This document shows, piece by piece, positions 62,719-64,000 of a stretch of 64,000 bases of DNA. The stretch's first letter is position 1; each line of letters opens with the position of its first letter. The translations under genes were made by a program, and so were the position numbers. Below the pieces are notes generated by a model. That model made no database searches and was not told where the DNA came from. It worked only from the letters and a program-made list of their open reading frames with translations. The stretch is from contig CAWAFP010000009.1 in assembly GCA_963781355.1 (NCBI GenBank), positions 20,866-84,865 of the forward strand. The letters run 5' to 3'. Origin of the DNA: an uncultured Alphaproteobacteria bacterium (GTDB lineage Bacteria > Pseudomonadota > Alphaproteobacteria > Sphingomonadales > Sphingomonadaceae).

Positions 62719-63851
62719 GGGCTCCCGGGAGGCTTGCTGAAGGATGCGGCAAGGCTGGGCCCTGCATCGGAATTGCGGCGGATGAGCTGGTAGGCGAGCG
62801 TCAGCTGCTCGGCCTTGGCGCGGGCGATCCGCGGCTTCTGCTTGTGGACGCGGGCGATCATGGCGACGGCCTCGGCGGTCATTTCGCGGATCGGCTGGCG
62901 GATGGTGGTAAGCTCGGGCCAGATCGAGCTGGCAAGCTCGGTATCGTCGAACCCGCAGACCGTGATGTCGCCCGGCACGTCGAGATGCCGCCGGTGCGCC
63001 ATGGCAACGGTGGCGGCGGCCATGTCGTCATTGGAGGCGAAGATCGCGGTGGGACGATGGCTGACGTTCAGCAGCTTTTCCGCCGCGACCATGCCCGACC
63101 GATAGGTGAACTGGCCCTGCGCGATCAGGCTTTCGTCAATCGCCAGCCCGGCATCCTCCATCGCCGACCGATAGCCGAGCAGACGCCGACCGCTCGCCAC
63201 CTGTTCGGGATTACCGATGATGAAGCCGATGCGTTCATGCCCAAGGCTGATGATGTGCCGGGTCATGTCATAGGCGGCCTGGAATTCGTCGATCAGCACC
63301 GCGCCGTGGCTGCCGGTCGCCCGCCCCGGCCCGACCGCGACTGCGATCCCGCCGGCGGCGCGGATCTGGTCGAGCACGTTCTGATCGTCGCACAGCGGCG
63401 GGGGCAGGATGAAGCCTTCGATCCCGCCGTCGAGCAGCTTCTTGATCACCTTCTGCGCTTCGGTGGTGTTCTCGCAGGCCTGCACCACCAGATAGATGTC
63501 GCGGCGGCTCGCCTCCTCCAGCGCGCCCATCAGGAATTCGCTGAGGTAGGAGGCGGACGGGTTGTCGAACAGCAGCGCGATCCGCAACTGCGATCCCGCC
63601 GCCAGCGAGCGCGCCGCGCGGTTGGGGACGTAATTGAGCTTCGCAATCGCGCTCAGGACCTTCTGCTTGGTATCCTCGCGCACGTTCTCCTCGCCATTGA
63701 TGACGCGGCTGACGGTCATGGGCGAACACTTCGCTTCGCGAGCGACATCGGTGATGGTCGGGGCGGCATTGCTCCGCCGGGCATTGCGTTTGCGGCCCGG
63801 GGCGGTGGTCTCTGCGGTGAGGGATTTGGCGCTGTTCATGGCTGTCGCCAT
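62715..63851 (-). CDS. LacI-family regulator (XylR-like)
   Basis: [49 protein letters not shown]. Confidence 0.93.
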   Translation of the reverse strand: MATAMNSAKSLTAETTAPGRKRNARRSNAAPTITDVAREAKCSPMTVSRVINGEENVREDTKQKVLSAIAKLNYVPNRAARSLAAGSQLRIALLFDNPSASYLSEFLMGALEEASRRDIYLVVQACENTTEAQKVIKKLLDGGIEGFILPPPLCDDQNVLDQIRAAGGIAVAVGPGRATGSHGAVLIDEFQAAYDMTRHIISLGHERIGFIIGNPEQVASGRRLLGYRSAMEDAGLAIDESLIAQGQFTYRSGMVAAEKLLNVSHRPTAIFASNDDMAAATVAMAHRRHLDVPGDITVCGFDDTELASSIWPELTTIRQPIREMTAEAVAMIARVHKQKPRIARAKAEQLTLAYQLIRRNSDAGPSLAASFSKPPGSP

Positions 63852-63882
63852 ACTGCGATGCGCCGAGTGTCAGCAAGCACGA

Positions 63883-63898
63883 TGATGGGCGCTACCAT
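63883..63898. promoter_or_regulatory. Degenerate LacI operator upstream of the regulator
   Basis: TGATGGGCGCTACCAT; one half-site identical to the 52947 site (ATGGTAGCGC on the minus strand). Confidence 0.55.
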
Positions 63899-64000
63899 AG
63901 GCGGTATCATTGGCCGGGCGCCTCAGGAAAGGTGCGAGCCTGATAAGCCTCAAGGCTCTCGGGGATCGGCGCGGCTCCGGCGGGGAGCGGGAGGCCGTGG

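Overview
GC-rich alphaproteobacterial chromosome segment, most likely Sphingomonadales/Erythrobacteraceae (inferred from gene content and order). It has four blocks. (1) 1-13.75 kb: the tRNA-proximal end of a decayed genomic island integrated at tRNA-Ser(CGA). It carries a hydrolase operon, a truncated M23 peptidase, a type III PKS + methyltransferase + MFS exporter, an Xre/RES toxin-antitoxin pair, and an integrase N-terminus fused in frame to an ICE helicase C-terminus. (2) 13.9-31.8 kb: core genes (hspQ, gcrA, pnp-rpsO-truB, tdk, rbfA-infB-nusA-rimP) with REP-like palindromes, one inside truB. (3) 32-46 kb: a sigma54/PspF-controlled phage-shock operon (pspF, pspABC) extended by six tandem, translationally coupled PspB/PspC-like membrane paralogues plus two microproteins. 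It is followed by sufE, crtW-crtZ, leuCD, bolA-grxD and a candidate sigma54-dependent sRNA. (4) 46-64 kb: a LacI(XylR)-controlled hemicellulose/xylose locus (GH3, two GH5, two GH43, acetylesterase, tandem CBM-like protein, Weimberg genes xylX/B/C/D, no xylA). About 19 frameshifts, 18 of them single extra bases and several in housekeeping genes, point to sequencing error rather than biology. The strongest candidate for an undescribed system is the expanded psp array. All annotation is by eye, without database searches.
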